Origin: the human T2T-CHM13v2.0 reference genome, Homo sapiens
Assembly (NCBI RefSeq): GCF_009914755.1
Contig: NC_060946.1
Direction: 5' to 3' (one strand)
DNA length: 64,000 nt
Positions 30,912 through 48,167 of the stretch are shown here, piece after piece (position 1 is the stretch's first letter; every line of letters begins with the position of its first letter). A program made the position numbers and the translations under genes. The notes beneath the pieces were generated by a model, which saw nothing but the letters and a program-made list of their open reading frames with translations, searched no databases and was not told the origin of the DNA.

Positions 30912-32536
30912 TTCAAGAGCAACACATTTCTATTCCCTCTTCCATAGTAACTGTTAATAAACATTAGTTCCATTTTCTACTATTTCTGTTCTACAATAGA
31001 GGCTTTAAAATATCTTAAGAAATGTAACACCATTTTAATAATTTGGCAAGTAGAAGTAAAGATACCATGAATCCTGAGATTTCACTTTCAAAAATGTATA
31101 AGCTACATTTATTTTACAATATAACTTTTAGGAACAAAGTTGTCTTCTCCTTCTGACACTGTTCTCAAAAACTGTGCTAAAAGCCTTGAGTGATGTTTGA
31201 TTACTCCTTTTATTTTGGGGTCCTTATAGCTGTTAATTACCACATTCTGCCAGTTCTTTCCATGTGAATGCCTCACATTTCAATGGATCTTTTTCTATTA
31301 CCAATGTATTATCTGAAACATTTTACTAACTGGTTTTTCTGAAGCTCAATGTCCTTGTCTCCTTCCCTCCCAAGCTATCCCTACCCATTAATACTGTACT
31401 TTTCACCTGCTCAAAAGTCCATATGGTTGCCTGTAACATACCAAATAAGAACCTAATTCCTAAAGCTTGACATTCAAATCCTTTTTTCAACTAGCTACAA
31501 TCCACTTTTCCAACTCTTTTTTCCACTGCTCTCCCTTAGGAGTAGCCTTTTTTAGCAAAATGACTTATTCTGAGATACACAAATAACCTTTCCAGATCAG
31601 AGACATCAAAAGCCATTCAGGCTTCACTGAGACAAAAGATATGCATTCAACTCAGAATAACAGTAAGGAATCAACTTATAGGGAAACCAGATGTAGCCAT
31701 GTTCTTTAAATATGAGAGATAACCCCGTTGGCTCATGCCACTGTCCTTATTTATAACAGCCCCTATTTGCCTTTCTACTTCTCTGAACTCCTTATCCTTC
31801 AAATCTACAATCTTTTCAAAAACCCAAACACAGAGTCACCTCAGTCACCACTACCTGCCCTTCTCCTACCGCACCCAATGCCTGTGGCTTTCAGGTCATT
31901 TATTTTGCAATAAACTTGTTATCTCAATTTTACTGGTTCTCTTTTAGATTCAGACAGCTGAGATTATGATAGATTCATTAGTAAGCTGAATGGGGAAGGA
32001 AAGGATATTTACATTCCCAGGCCAATTTTCAATGCTTTTTGGAAGATTCTGTTAAATTCATAATTTCCAGAACTGGCAAGGAATAGGTAAATATATACAC
32101 TCATATATTACTGGTAAGACTATAAATTGGTATAATTATCCTACAGTGATATCTGCCAACATTGAAAGTCTTTAAAATCTGTATACCCTTTGGCCTAGGA
32201 ATTCAACTTGAAAATTTATCATGAGTAAATTATAAAATGTACAAAGGTTTAACTATAAAGACACTCATCTCTGCATTGTTTCTAACTCTCAAAGATTGAG
32301 GGGGAGGGGAAAATCCCTTGTCCAATAAAAAAAGACTATTCCATGAATCATTTATTTAAGTAATGTAATACTTTGCAACTACTAAAATCCTATAGTATCA
32401 TGGTTATTGACATGTAACTCTTTTAATGGCTTTCTTTCCTAAGCTAAAAAAATACAAACATGATTCCACATAATGTATTTCAAATATTTGTATACATTTT
32501 TCTACTTTTCTATATTTTCTACACATCTATATATAA

Positions 32537-32538
<2 letters not shown>

Positions 32539-32575
<37 letters not shown>
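32539..32575. repeat. (TG)n microsatellite
   Basis: About 18 perfect TG units. Confidence 0.95.
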
Positions 32576-32578
<3 letters not shown>

Positions 32579-33059
32579 CATGCATGTAAATAAAATATAC
32601 CTCTAAGTCTTTGTAACCTTAAGATGGTGGAGCAAAATATTTTTATTTTCTGTTGTTGATTATTTAAAATTTAGCTATATTAAATCTTTTCTGATTTAGT
32701 AAACATACATAAGGCCTATTTATAGTTGAATGGCAGTCTTACAAAACCTAAGCAACCTTGGTTTACTCTATCTGTGGGAAAAGCATTTTTAGTAGAATGC
32801 TTGCGCATCTTCCTACATTCCTGTAATCAAACAGTATTTATCATCAACTATGTTGGTGACTCTCACTTTGACATAGGCTGAACCAGAAATCCTAGGAAAA
32901 ACTGATGACAGAAAGCTAAGGGGAAGGATAGGAAACCGGGAAACCCCGGGAAAGGAGGGATTATATTACACATGTTATGGGAACTAGTTTGTATGTGCGG
33001 GGCACAGAGCATACACTTAGATAAGAAGGGGGTCATAAAACCAGAAAGGCAATAAATAG

Positions 33060-33280
33060 AATGTTATGAGCATGAACTCTAGACGCAAACTGTTCAGGTT
33101 CAATCTCACCTCTGCTTCTTACTACATTTATTACCTTAAGCAAGTCACTTAACTTCTCCCTGCCGTTTCTGCCACATCTGTATAATGGGGATAACAGACC
33201 CTACCTTAGAGGGCTGTCACACTAATGAATTCTGAGAATAGTCCCTGGTACTACAGTTAAGTGCTCATTAGTTGTCCACA
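33060..33280. mobile_element. MIR SINE
   Basis: ggttcaatctcacctctgc...ccttaagcaagtcacttaacttctc...catctgtataatggggataac. Confidence 0.8.
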
Positions 33281-33639
33281 CTCATCATCTTCATTACTCC
33301 CATTACTATGATGTGAAGAGTTGTGCTGTTAGGACGGGAGAAGCAACTTTTCAACACCAATCACTTTTTTAGACGGCCTCCTTTCTAGCCTTGTTAGTTG
33401 CCCAAATTCTGAAAAAAACAAGAACTAAGACTCTAGAAGGAGATCCGAGAGGCAGACGTGTGTCTCTGTGTGTGTTTGTGTGTGTGTGTAGGTGCGTGTG
33501 CATGTAGACGAAGGAGGAATCAGGAGTAATGCCAAGAATGAGAATCAAATCTGTATAAGCAGTTCAGAAAAGGGGCATCATGAGTCGCTCTTCTCAGTGC
33601 TGCCCCAAGGGTTCCACAGTTTGCTCCTTCCATCATTCA

Positions 33640-33975
33640 CTTGGATAAAACCTTTCAATGTCTCTCCATGGCCTTCAGAGTTAAATCAAAACTATTCCTT
33701 GGAATGACTTAAAACCCATACTATCTCTAAAGCCTCATCTCTTGGCTCTCTCGCACCAAGCTCACTGAGCTTCCAGCCCTACCAAATTTCTTCAGTAACA
33801 ACCTCTCACATCTCAGAGCCTTTGCATATGCTGCTCCCTCTGCCTGAAAAGTAACCTCTACCTCCTCCAATAGCAAACTGCTACTCAACCTTCAAAACAC
33901 AGCTCAAGGATAACTCCAGAGCTCTTTCGTGATTTCAAGCTAAATGACTCTGCTATATTATCCCCCATGTGCATA
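33640..33975 (+). mobile_element. L2 fragment
   Basis: aaaacctttcaatgtctctcc...ctcagagcctttgcatatgctgctccctctgcctgaaa...aaaacacagctcaag. Confidence 0.7.
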
Positions 33976-34645
33976 ACACCACCACTACCACCACCACCAT
34001 CACCACTAAAACCACGACCACCACTACCACCACTACCACCACCACCACCACCAACACCAACACCACCACCATCACCACTACCACTACCACCACCACCACC
34101 ATCACCACTACCACCACCACCACTACCACCACCAACACCAACACCAACACCACCACCATCACCACTACCACTACCACCACCACCAACACCATCACCACTA
34201 CGACCACCACCACCACCACTACCACCACCACCACCACCACTACCACCACCACCACCATCACCACTAAAACCACGACCACCACCACCACCATCACCACCAT
34301 CACCACCACCACCACCACCATCACCACCACCACCACCACCACCATCACCACCACCACCACCATCACCACCACCATCACCACCACCACCACCACCACCACC
34401 ACCATCACCACCACCATCACCACCACCAACACCACCACCATCACCACTACCACCACCACCACCACTATCACCACCACCACCAGCATCACCACTACCACCA
34501 CCACCACCAGCATCACCACCACTACCACCACCACCATCAGCACCATCACCACCATCACCACCACCACCACCACCACTACCACCACCACCACCACCACCAC
34601 TACCACCACCACCAACACCACCCCCACCACTACCACCACCACCAC
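33976..34645. repeat. About 670-bp (CCA)n / (TGG)n trinucleotide array with CTA/TCA/ACA/GCA variants
   Basis: Directly visible; triplet register is preserved throughout. Confidence 0.97.
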
Positions 34646-35506
34646 ACTGCACTGATCCACCACTAGCCAATGACTTCTTTAGAGATCTTGTCTTTGGGTA
34701 TTTCCAGATACTGTCCTATACAGTAACAGATACATTAAAAATAATAGTTTTAAAAATTTATTAATCACAGCTGGAAAATACAGTGAACCTACTGACTACA
34801 CTGGAAACTGGTAAAGAAAGGTAAACAAGCAAACATTTATTCTGCCTTTCCCATATGAACAGTTACACTGGGCAACCAAGTAAGAGGTGCTGGAAACTTT
34901 TCTTTTTATAAAACAGTATTCCAGATAATAAAATGAAGGAGTAACACAACTAGAACATTATCATTTTACAACCCTTAATGAATCAACGGATCTGGGCATT
35001 AGTCACCAACAGTTGCTAGTGTCACAAAAAGAGACAATCACATTTTGTGCCTCCTGATGAAAGAATGCACCACAACTACAAAGCAGTCTTGTAAAATAAA
35101 ACTGAACCTGACTCTGACCAAGCCTCTGGTTCCAACTACTCATTTGGAAATACAGAAAATAGAGAAACATCAGGGATAAACCTGGTATTGAATCTCAGGA
35201 ATCAGCAAAATCCTGACTACGGGAACTCTACAGGGCAAATAACCCATTTCTTTAACAAATAAATTGCGAGAATAAAAAGGAAAGTGGTAACCTACAGATT
35301 AAGAGACTTAATCGCAATATGTAAGCCTTATTCAAATACTTTAAAAAACTGAGACATGTTTACCTGAACATAGAATATTTGATGATATTATGGATTTAAC
35401 TGTCAATTTTTTTTTAAGTATGATGGTGGTATTAGGTTTTTCTTAAGCCTTCACTTTTTAGAACTACATTCTCTAATATTTATAAATGATATCACATTAT
35501 GCCTGA

Positions 35507-35821
35507 GGCCAGGTGCAGTGGCTCATGCCTGTAATCCCAGCACTTTGGGAGGCTGAGGCGGGTGAACCACCTGAGGTCAGGAGTTCAAGACCAGCCTGGC
35601 CAACACAGTGAAACCCCGACTCTACTAAAAATACAAAAATTAGCCTGGCGTGGTAGCACTCGCCTATAATCCCAGCTACTTGGGAGGCTGAGGGAGGAGA
35701 AGTGCTTGAACCTGAGAGGTGAGGTTGCAGTGAGCTGAGATCACACCACTGCACCCAGCCCGGGTGACAGAATGAGACTCCATCTCAAAAAAAAATTAAT
35801 AAAAGTAAAAATAAATAAAAG
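35507..35821 (+). mobile_element. Alu (AluSx-like)
   Basis: Dimeric Alu consensus. Confidence 0.95.
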
Positions 35822-37017
35822 CACAGACCCTACAGAAAAGACTGCCTGGGTTCAAATCCTGTGTCCATGACTCACTCTGAGCTTTAGCTTCCTCAGCTGT
35901 TAAAAAAGAAAAAAAAAAAGGACAATAATAGTCTTTACTTCAGAGGACTTTTGTAAGAATTAAGTGAGTTAAGATGGTTATAACATATAGTTCTCCCAAA
36001 ACAGTGCTTCATAGAAGTTTTCATTATCATCCCCCTTTCCACTTTACAGAAAGAAACACGGACCTGGAGAGGTGAAAAGTGACTTGCTTAATGACTTGAA
36101 AACCATCTTCCAGGAACTGTGCTTAGCACTGGTGGCAAAAACTGGCTATTTACCAAAGCGTTTCCTTTTCCTCCTGGCATATGGCTAAACTACATTTCCC
36201 AGCTTCCCTTTCAGATAACTGGTCTGGACAATGAAATGTGGGCAAAAGTGAAAGATGCCTCTGTACTACTCCCAGGCCTTGTCCCCAAACCCCCCATGCA
36301 ATCCCTCACCGCTTCTCACCCTCATTTGCCAGGTGGACATCAATGCCTAAGGCAACAGAGAAAAGATTAGCCTGAGTCCCAGTATGACTTAACTGTTACT
36401 GTGTTACTCTTGAAATTTCGGCCACCATAAAGTCAGTAAGATTGTATTTTTATGGACTCATCACAACAATCATTATTCCTATTCAACAGTTGGGGAAACT
36501 GAAGTATAAAGAAGTCATGGTCAATTATTCAATGGTAGATCCAGAACTTGAACCAGCACTGGCTTAATACAGAGCTCAGGATCTTAAGTGACTTCCAAGA
36601 TCATAAGACCAGTAAGGGCACCAAGATTTCTAACTTAGAGTAGATACATTTTATATAGAATTTGGTTAAGTATTCCTTAAAATATCACTTTAATATGCCA
36701 CAAGAATAACCACAGAATAGTGTTACTTTAAAGTAAAAAGATACAAATAGAAGCCCAAAATGTTAAGTGGGGTTTTACAATCAAGAGGACACACCAGAAT
36801 AAGATATTTTAAAATACCATGTACGTTAAAGAGATCATACTTCCTTACCCTAGTAAATAGCCATGTAGTACAAGTTTTAACTTTTTAATTAAAAAAATTA
36901 TTAAAAATATTAAATATACAACTTCTATTTGGTTTTACCTGAGCCATTCCTTTATACTGACAGTTACATAATGTGATTTCAGTTATATATGTAGTTATTG
37001 GTAATTTTCAAAAATAG

Positions 37018-37468
<451 letters not shown>

Positions 37469-37886
37469 AATTTCATTTGTTTTCAAAGAACATATATGCC
37501 TATGTCTGTATTTTTTTTCTACGTACATACATGTCTTATCTAAAAACCAAAAACATCTGGAAAAATATACAAAAAAAAGTTTCCAGTGATAACCTCTGGG
37601 GAGTAAAACTGAACTTGTGATGTATACCTTTTGTTAGAATTTGAATTTATGAAAAGCACATATACCTTTAGAATAAAAAATACTTTAAAATAAAGCTCTA
37701 TCATTTACAGTAATGCAAAGCGATCCAACTCTCAAATTCCCACATAATCATGTTATGTAGTGAAGCTTTCTAGGCTGGGGGAAAAAATGTAACCCCTTAT
37801 AATGAATATATAAATATATATAATTTCATCAATTTCATTCATTATGGGTATACATTTATACATCTATTTACAAGTAAGTCTGTTTA

Positions 37887-38258
<372 letters not shown>

Positions 38259-38396
38259 TCAAGCACACCCTTTTTTGTGAAACTGAGTTCTAACCTGAAG
38301 AATACCTGGGATTATATGGCGAAAACACACAATATATTAAAATTTTAAAACAGTTCTTATTTTAGGCTCAAATTTTATGTTTTGGGACTACTTAGA

Positions 38397-39382
<986 letters not shown>

Positions 39383-39491
39383 TGAACTTGTTTTAAACTA
39401 GCAAGGGTTATGTGAATAGTGGGATTACAGATATTTTCTTCATTATGCTGGTCCATATTTAAATCCTCTCCCCCTCACAAAAAAGGTAAAA

Positions 39492-39860
39492 ATATACAGC
39501 CATAAAAAAGAATGGAATCATGTCCTTCGCAGCAACATGGATGGAGCTGGAGGCTACATTCTTTTTCATCCTTTGTCCTAAAAGAAGTAACTCAGAACCA
39601 GAAAATCAAATACCACATGGTCTCATTTCTAAGTGGGAGCTAAACAATGAGTACATGTGAACATAAAGATGGAAGTAATAGACTAGAGATTCCAAAAGAG
39701 AAGGTAGAAGAGGAGGTACACAGGTTGAAAACTACCTATTGGGTACTAGGATCACTTTGGATGATGGCTGTGCTAGCAGGCCAAACCTCGGCATTACATA
39801 ATCTAGCCATGTAACGAACCTGCATGTGTACCCCCGAATCTAAAATAAAATATTTTTTTA
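39492..39860 (+). mobile_element. L1 (L1PB/L1MA-type) 3' end
   Basis: atacagccataaaaaagaatggaatcatgtccttcgcagcaacatggatggagctggagg...ctgcatgtgtacccccgaatctaaaataaaa. Confidence 0.9.
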
Positions 39861-40498
39861 AAAAATGGTAAAGAAAAAAAGTATTAAATGACATAACTAA
39901 ATATTCTAGACATCATTCTACCATATGTTGTCCAAGAAAAACCACATTTTACCTTACTGTTTGTCATTTGAAATAAAATATTATGTTAAGATATTTTAAA
40001 TTTTTACCAGTTCCACAAAGGAACTGGGAAGTAGAAACTGAAGAACACTTTGTTAAACAAGTCCTTGGGGATTAAAGAAGTAATAGCTACGAAGTATACA
40101 ACAGTGTGACGAGTGAATCCTTCTCATATTGGGGTTAAAATGGTCATTATAGCTACTGCGTACCACAAATCCAATCAAGTTAGGTATTTTGTACACATTG
40201 TCATTTAATTCTCATTACAACCCATCACAATAGATGTTAATTAGTATGTCCCCTATTTTTCGGATAAGGAAATTCAAGATCAAAGAGATTAAATGACCAA
40301 GGTCATACAACTAAGAAGTGAAAGTGCTGAGACTCAAACCTAAGTTCATGTCTTAAATCCCATGCTGTTTGATATTAAGGACCACTTGTGTTTAACAAAT
40401 ATTAAACACCTGCTACACACACACACTGTGCCAAATGTATAAGATAGAGCCATGACCCAAGAAACACAGTCACTATTCTCAAAAAACTTAGAATCTCT

Positions 40499-40803
40499 GC
40501 CAGGAACAGCGGCTCACGCCTGTAATCCCAGCACTTTGGGAGGCTGAGGCAGATGGATCACGAGGTCAGGAGTTCAAGACCAGCCTGGCTAAGATGGTGA
40601 AACCCCATCTCTACTAAAACTACAAAAATTAGCCAGGCATGGTGGCAGGCACCTGTAATCCCAGCTACTTGGGAGGCTGAGGCAGAGAATTGCTTGAACC
40701 AGGGAGGCGGAGGCTGCAGTGAGCCAAGATCGCACCACTGCACTCCAGCCTGGGCGACAGAGTGAGATTGTCTCCAAAAAAAAAAAAAAAAAAAAAAAAA
40801 AAA
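40499..40803 (+). mobile_element. Alu with long A-tail
   Basis: Dimeric Alu consensus. Confidence 0.95.
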
Positions 40804-40852
40804 GCCTTAGCATCTCGTCTTTAACATTCTTTTGCATGTATATTTTTCCTAG

Positions 40853-41445
<593 letters not shown>

Positions 41446-41624
41446 TCTTGTTTTTCCTGTCTTTGTAACTAGACTTTAAAGCTCCTCAAAAGAGCTGGAG
41501 TATAAATGAAAATACAAAGAGCTTTGAGTCTCAGATCTGGAAAAAGTCTAGCTTTATCATATACATACATAAATTTAAATGCTGGATTCCTCACCAGCAA
41601 AAGGGTCTTGGATTAAGTGATATA

Positions 41625-41750
41625 AAGTAGTCCTGTGCTTATCCATAGGAAATACATTTCAACCCCATACCCCACCCCTGCCTGGCTCCCATAAATGCCT
41701 GAAACCACGGATGCTACAAAGCCCTATATACACTATGTTTTATATTTTTC
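41625..41750 (+). mobile_element. Tigger2-like terminal fragment
   Basis: agtagtcctgtgcttatccataggaaatacatttcaa...atgcctgaaaccacggatgctacaaagccctatatacactatgtttt. Confidence 0.6.
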
Positions 41751-42535
41751 TTTGCCTCCAATGAATTCCCTCTCTTGGCAATGCCTTATAAGTTGCCATG
41801 CAAAAAATATAAATGTATCTCATTTATCTGTTCTCCCCTACCCCCCACAACGCTATCTACCTCTCATAGGACTAAGTATTGGAAAGGCCTTAGTGCAGCC
41901 ACCACCTAACCATAGAAATGATCCAAAATCACATACTACTACTTCTTTATTCTTCAGTAAAGTTCTCCAAACTAAAATGAAATATGTAGTTTGAAAATGT
42001 GTAGTAAAAATACAGCTTTTTAAATATATCCTCTGTGCTATTTCATAGCCACTTCACAGTGACCCTACTTCTCCATTTATAACTCACCCAGTTAGTTATT
42101 AGTAAACAACTCTTAATCAAAATTTAAAATGAAGGGCTATGGAACTGTTCTCATATCCCGTTAAGTGTCTTAAAGGCACTGTGCTCAGCATTCCACATGC
42201 ATTATCTTATTGAAAGCGCAGTGTTTAATGAACTTGCCTAAAGCCACATCAGAACCACCAGGAAGCACAATTTCGTTGTATTTTGTGTGAATGCCCTCCC
42301 CAGCACAAGAACGGAGCTGTACAATGAAGTGGTCTGGGTCACACAGCTAATTAAGTAATGGAGTTAAGGCTCAAAAACTTCAGTGTCTGATGAGAAAGCT
42401 CACACTCAAAACCTCCAAAAAACACTGCTTTGCATCACTGAAATTAAAGAATAATAATACAATATAAATAGAATAAAATGAGAATTCCTTGTTATATAAT
42501 AAGCCAGTTTATCAGCTTTCTTTGGTGAAGGAAGA

Positions 42536-42772
42536 AAGGGCAACATAGTGATATCTTGTCTCTACTAGAAATTTAAACTTTAGCCGGGTGTGGTGGTATG
42601 CACTTGTAGTCCCAGCTACTGTGGAGGCTGAGTAGAGGAAGGATCACTTGAGCCAGGGAGGTTGAGGCTTCAAGGAGCCATGATTGCATCACTGCACTCA
42701 AGCCTGGGTGACAGAGTGAGATCCTACCTCAAAAAATAAATAAATAAATAAATAAATAAAAATAAGAATAAA
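42536..42772 (+). mobile_element. 5'-truncated AluJ with (AAAT)n tail
   Basis: Starts at gggcaacatagtga, followed by the right arm and TAAA repeats. Confidence 0.9.
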
Positions 42773-43333
42773 AATTGCCTCTGGCAAAACTGCACATATA
42801 GAGGCACAGTGTGTTTTTTTTCCACCACCCCAATGCTACCTCTATAACTCACACATGATAGTTTTATAAAGATAACTACCTGGCATTCAGGTTAAAATCG
42901 CAACAGCACCCAGAATAGGAAAAACTATAAATTATGCATTGGACTCTGCAATCACCAGCCCCTACTTGTAAATTTCAATGGAGATTCACTTTACTTCAAA
43001 ATTAGAAAACTGATCTCAGAGTTTAAAACCTCATTTACAGCTTCAAAATATTTAGAATCTAGAATTATATAATAAATACTTATTTTCTTAGCATGAAAAA
43101 TTATTTACAAATCATTTAAAAAGGATGATCAACTTAACAGAAAAATGGGCAATGACAAATAGACTATTAGTTACCTAACCAATAGCCACTCCCCAGTCAC
43201 AACCTGTTCCTTACAGAGTTCACCTCCCACTATCATGGCTGAAAGGAACATCCTTGCTCTCTCACCCTCACTTGTACCTAGGACATGGATGGATACCAGT
43301 CACGGTTGATGGGATTTAAGAAAAAAATCTGTT

Positions 43334-43619
43334 GGCCGAGCGCAGTGGCTCATGCCTGTAATCCCAACACTTTCGGAGGCTGAAGCAGGCAGGTCACCTG
43401 CCTGTTCCAATACGGAGAAACCCTATCTCTACTAAAAACACAAAATTAGCCGGGCATGGTGGTGCACACCTGTAATCCCAGCTACTCGGGAGGTTGAGGC
43501 AGGAGAATCGCTTGAACCCGGGAGGCAGAGGATGCGGTGCAGTGAGCCGAGATCGTGTCATTGCACTCCAGCCTGGGCAACAAGAAGCAAAACTCCGTCT
43601 CAAAAAAAGAAAAAAAAAA
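43334..43619 (+). mobile_element. Alu (AluSp-like) with internal deletion
   Basis: Dimeric Alu; TSD aaaaaaatctg. Confidence 0.92.
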
Positions 43620-43739
43620 TCTGCTAAGGACTTCCAGGAAAGGTTTTTAATTCCAAATAAAATAGATGTTCATGAACAAATATACTTCATCTTTACTGGT
43701 CATTGAACCTGGTGTGAACTACGAATCCTCTTTTTCTCA

Positions 43740-44520
43740 CATGACACATCCCTCAACAAATCTTTTGGGCTCTGCCTCAACATATGCAGAATTACTTCAA
43801 CATTTCTCTGATGCCTATCATGCTTCAAATCATCTGTCACCCTGCTAATATTATCTTAACTAACATGCCTGCTTCTTCCTTGATCTCCTTCATTCTAGTC
43901 TCAACACAGCAGCCAGCATGAGAGTTTGAGAGTCTTGGTCAGATAAAGCCAGTCCTCCACTCAAAAGCCCCCAAAGGACTCTCATCTAATCCAGAGTAAA
44001 AGGCAAAAGATCTCACAATGGTCTACAAGGCCCTGCACAATCTGACTCCCCACGCTACTTCTCTTATGATGTTTTCTCCATAACTCAGCTCCTGCCACAC
44101 TAGCCCTTTCAGTTCTATGAACATGCTAAGCACATTCCTGCCTCGGGGCTTTTGCACTCACTGTTCCCTGCATCAGCAATACTCTTTCCCCAAATGTCTG
44201 CCTTTGCATTCTTATTTCCTTTAAGATTCTATTCAAACATCAGCTCACTGAGGCCTTCTCTGATGGCCCCACTTAAAATAATCCAACCCAGCCCTTCCCG
44301 TCCCTTCCATGGCTTTATTTTTTTCCATAAAACTTAACGTCTTCTGACAACCTATAAATTCTACCTATTTGTTTGACTGTCTTCTCCCTTATCCCCACTA
44401 AAATATCAGCTCCGTGAAGGAAGGCAATGAACTTTGTTTTGCTCACTGCTGTATTTCCTGTGCTTATAGAATATTGCCTAATACATTTTAGGTGCTAAAT
44501 GATTATTTAAGTGAATTAAT
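43740..44520 (+). mobile_element. L2 3' region
   Basis: ctcaacacagcagccag...acaatggtctacaaggccctgcacaatctg...cctgcctcggggcttttgcactc...ttgctcactgctgtatttcc. Confidence 0.8.
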
Positions 44521-44890
44521 TTAGCCACTATCAACAACAAGCTGAGTATAAAACAGCAGGAAAATGAAAACCATCTAGGTCAGTGACAATTTAATTGAGC
44601 CATTGAATTACACCTGGACTTCTAGTCATGTGAGGTAAATTTTATTTATAGTTTAAGCCATTTTTAATTAAAATTTTTGTTATTTGAAGCTGCAAAGTAC
44701 CCAAAATAGGGTACTGGTAGGCAGTTTGCAAAAAAAAAAGTGACAAATATAATCAATTTAACTCAATCATAAGGCATGCAAATTAAAATAACCATGAAAT
44801 AATGTCACTCAAGAAAAAATAAGTTTGGTACATGTATAATCCCACTTAATATGACTCACTACATTAGTAGCATTAAAAAAATTTTAAGGG

Positions 44891-45460
<570 letters not shown>

Positions 45461-45550
45461 CACTTGAAAGTGAGACTCTGTTTGAAAAAATAAAATAAAA
45501 TAAAATAAAATAAATAAAAATTAGTAGGGTGTGGTGGCATGCACCTGTAA

Positions 45551-45875
45551 TCCCAGCTACTTGGGAGGCTGAGGTGTGAGGATCACCCCAGGAGGTCAAG
45601 GCTGCAGTGAGCTGTGATCATACCACTGCACTCCAGCCTGGACGACAGAGCGAGACCCTGTCTCAAAAAAAAGAGCTATCAGGCTGGGCGTGGTAGCTGT
45701 CACCTGTATTCCCAGCTACTTGGGAGGCTGAGGTGTGAGGATCACCCCAGGAGGTCAAGGCTGCAGTGAGCTGTGATCATACCACTGCACTCCAGCCTGG
45801 ACGACAGAGCGAGACCCTGTCTCAAAAAAAAGAGCTATCAGGCTGGGCGTGGTAGCTGTCACCTGTATTCCCAGC
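45551..45875 (+). repeat. Perfect 159-bp tandem duplication of an Alu right arm, spacer and next Alu head
   Basis: 45551-45709 repeats identically at 45710-45868, including the A8 run and gagctatcaggctgggcgtggtagctgtcacc. Confidence 0.93.
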
Positions 45876-46129
45876 ACTTTGGGAATACAGTGCTGGGAGG
45901 CGGGTGGATCACCAGGTCAGGAGTTCAAGACCAGCCTGGCCAAGATAGTGAAACCCCATCTCTACTAAAAATACAAAAATTAGCCGGGCATGGTGGCAGG
46001 TGCCTGTAATCCCGGCTGAGCCAGGAGAATCACTGGAACCCAGGAGGTGGAGGTTGCAGTGAATCGAGATTACGCCATTGCACTCCAGCCTGGGCAACAG
46101 AGCAAGATTCTGTCTCAACAAAACAAAAA
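45841..46129 (+). mobile_element. Alu with internal fold-back and deletion
   Basis: Dimeric Alu with an atypical insertion at 45885-45898. Confidence 0.9.
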
Positions 46130-46552
46130 GTTCTGATTTCATTTTAACCAGTACAAGATACAGGAAGGGAAGCTGCCCAGTGACGTTCTTGCTATTCAGC
46201 CATGGCCTCAAGGCAGCATTATTCATAACCATGAGTAGCGTGGCCTTTCTGAACAGCTTCTGAAAAGCACGTTTGTTACTGCAGCTTGACAGTTTACCTC
46301 CTTCTACGTTCAGGGCTCAAACCCCGTTTAACACACGCCCCCTACTGGGCCATTGAGAACTGCTAGTCTCTTCAGGTCCCCTTCCATGCAGTGTGCAGGC
46401 TCCCTGTGCACAACTCCCCTCCTCCTGTCCCTAGGGCTCCACCTGAGCTCACATTCTGGCCTGCACTGCCAGATCTTCCTACAGCCTCTCACCAGCTCCG
46501 TCATCCTCTGATCTGCCCCAGAGGCACATCTCTAAGAACACTAATGCCATCA

Positions 46553-46930
<378 letters not shown>

Positions 46931-47797
46931 GAGGGGAGGGGAGATCAGGTGAGTTAAACTGGAGTTGGGGGGGAATGTTGGCCAAGTGGCAGGCAGGGTG
47001 GGCCTGGGCCTGAGGGAAGCCATGGGCCCCTAGACTTGTTCCTGCTGACAGAGCGCCAGCGGCTGGGCAGGAGCATGAGCAAGGTGGGTTTGCATCTGTC
47101 ACTGGAGGAGCGCTCCGAATGCTTCTCCGGACAAAAGCAGGAGGCTGCCATTGTTCACAGGATGTGAGATCTAATATGGTTCAGGCTGGGGCAAATCAGT
47201 GAAGATCAAAATCCCTCATCTTCCACAATGAGGGACTAGAATCAAAGGTGGATGTGCTCCCGCCTGCTCACAAAGGGTCTTCACATGCCCCAGGGCCCTC
47301 CGCTGGGCATGTGTGTTAGGCGACACACAAACAGCCTGAGGGTGCCCAGTCGCTGAGCAGCCCCAGACGCTGTGCCGTTACCGACAGGCAGGGCCCTGCA
47401 GGAGACCTTCGCCTGCCCGGACCAGAGAGGCTGCAGGGGTGCTGTGGGGAGAGGGCCAGACGGCCGCAACACAGCTGGGAATGGCTCCAGAGGGGAGGGT
47501 GGAGAGTGTGCTGGCCCATGGGAGGACTCAGAGAGGAGTTGTGTGTGTTTGGCGCTTGTGGACATGGTGTGTGGCAGTGTGAGCCAACAGGCCAACGGGC
47601 GGCAAGCATAGGAGGCTTTATGGATCCCCCTGAAGAACCACTGTGTGGAGGGGAAATGGCCCCCTGTGAGGAAAGTCCTAGCAGCCGGTGGAGCGCAACC
47701 AGATGCGGGCCCAGACTGATGGGGTCTCCATGGGAGCCCAGGTGGGAGGTGGAGGAGAAGGGAGACAGTGAGAAGGTTGTCACCAGGCCCTCACTAA

Positions 47798-48167
<370 letters not shown>

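Noticed and set aside
33885-34764. Extensin/formin-like poly-Pro, mucin-like poly-Thr, and Gly-rich proteins
   Set aside because: They are automatic consequences of a stop-free (CCA)n repeat. There are no flanking domains, splice structure or promoter evidence.
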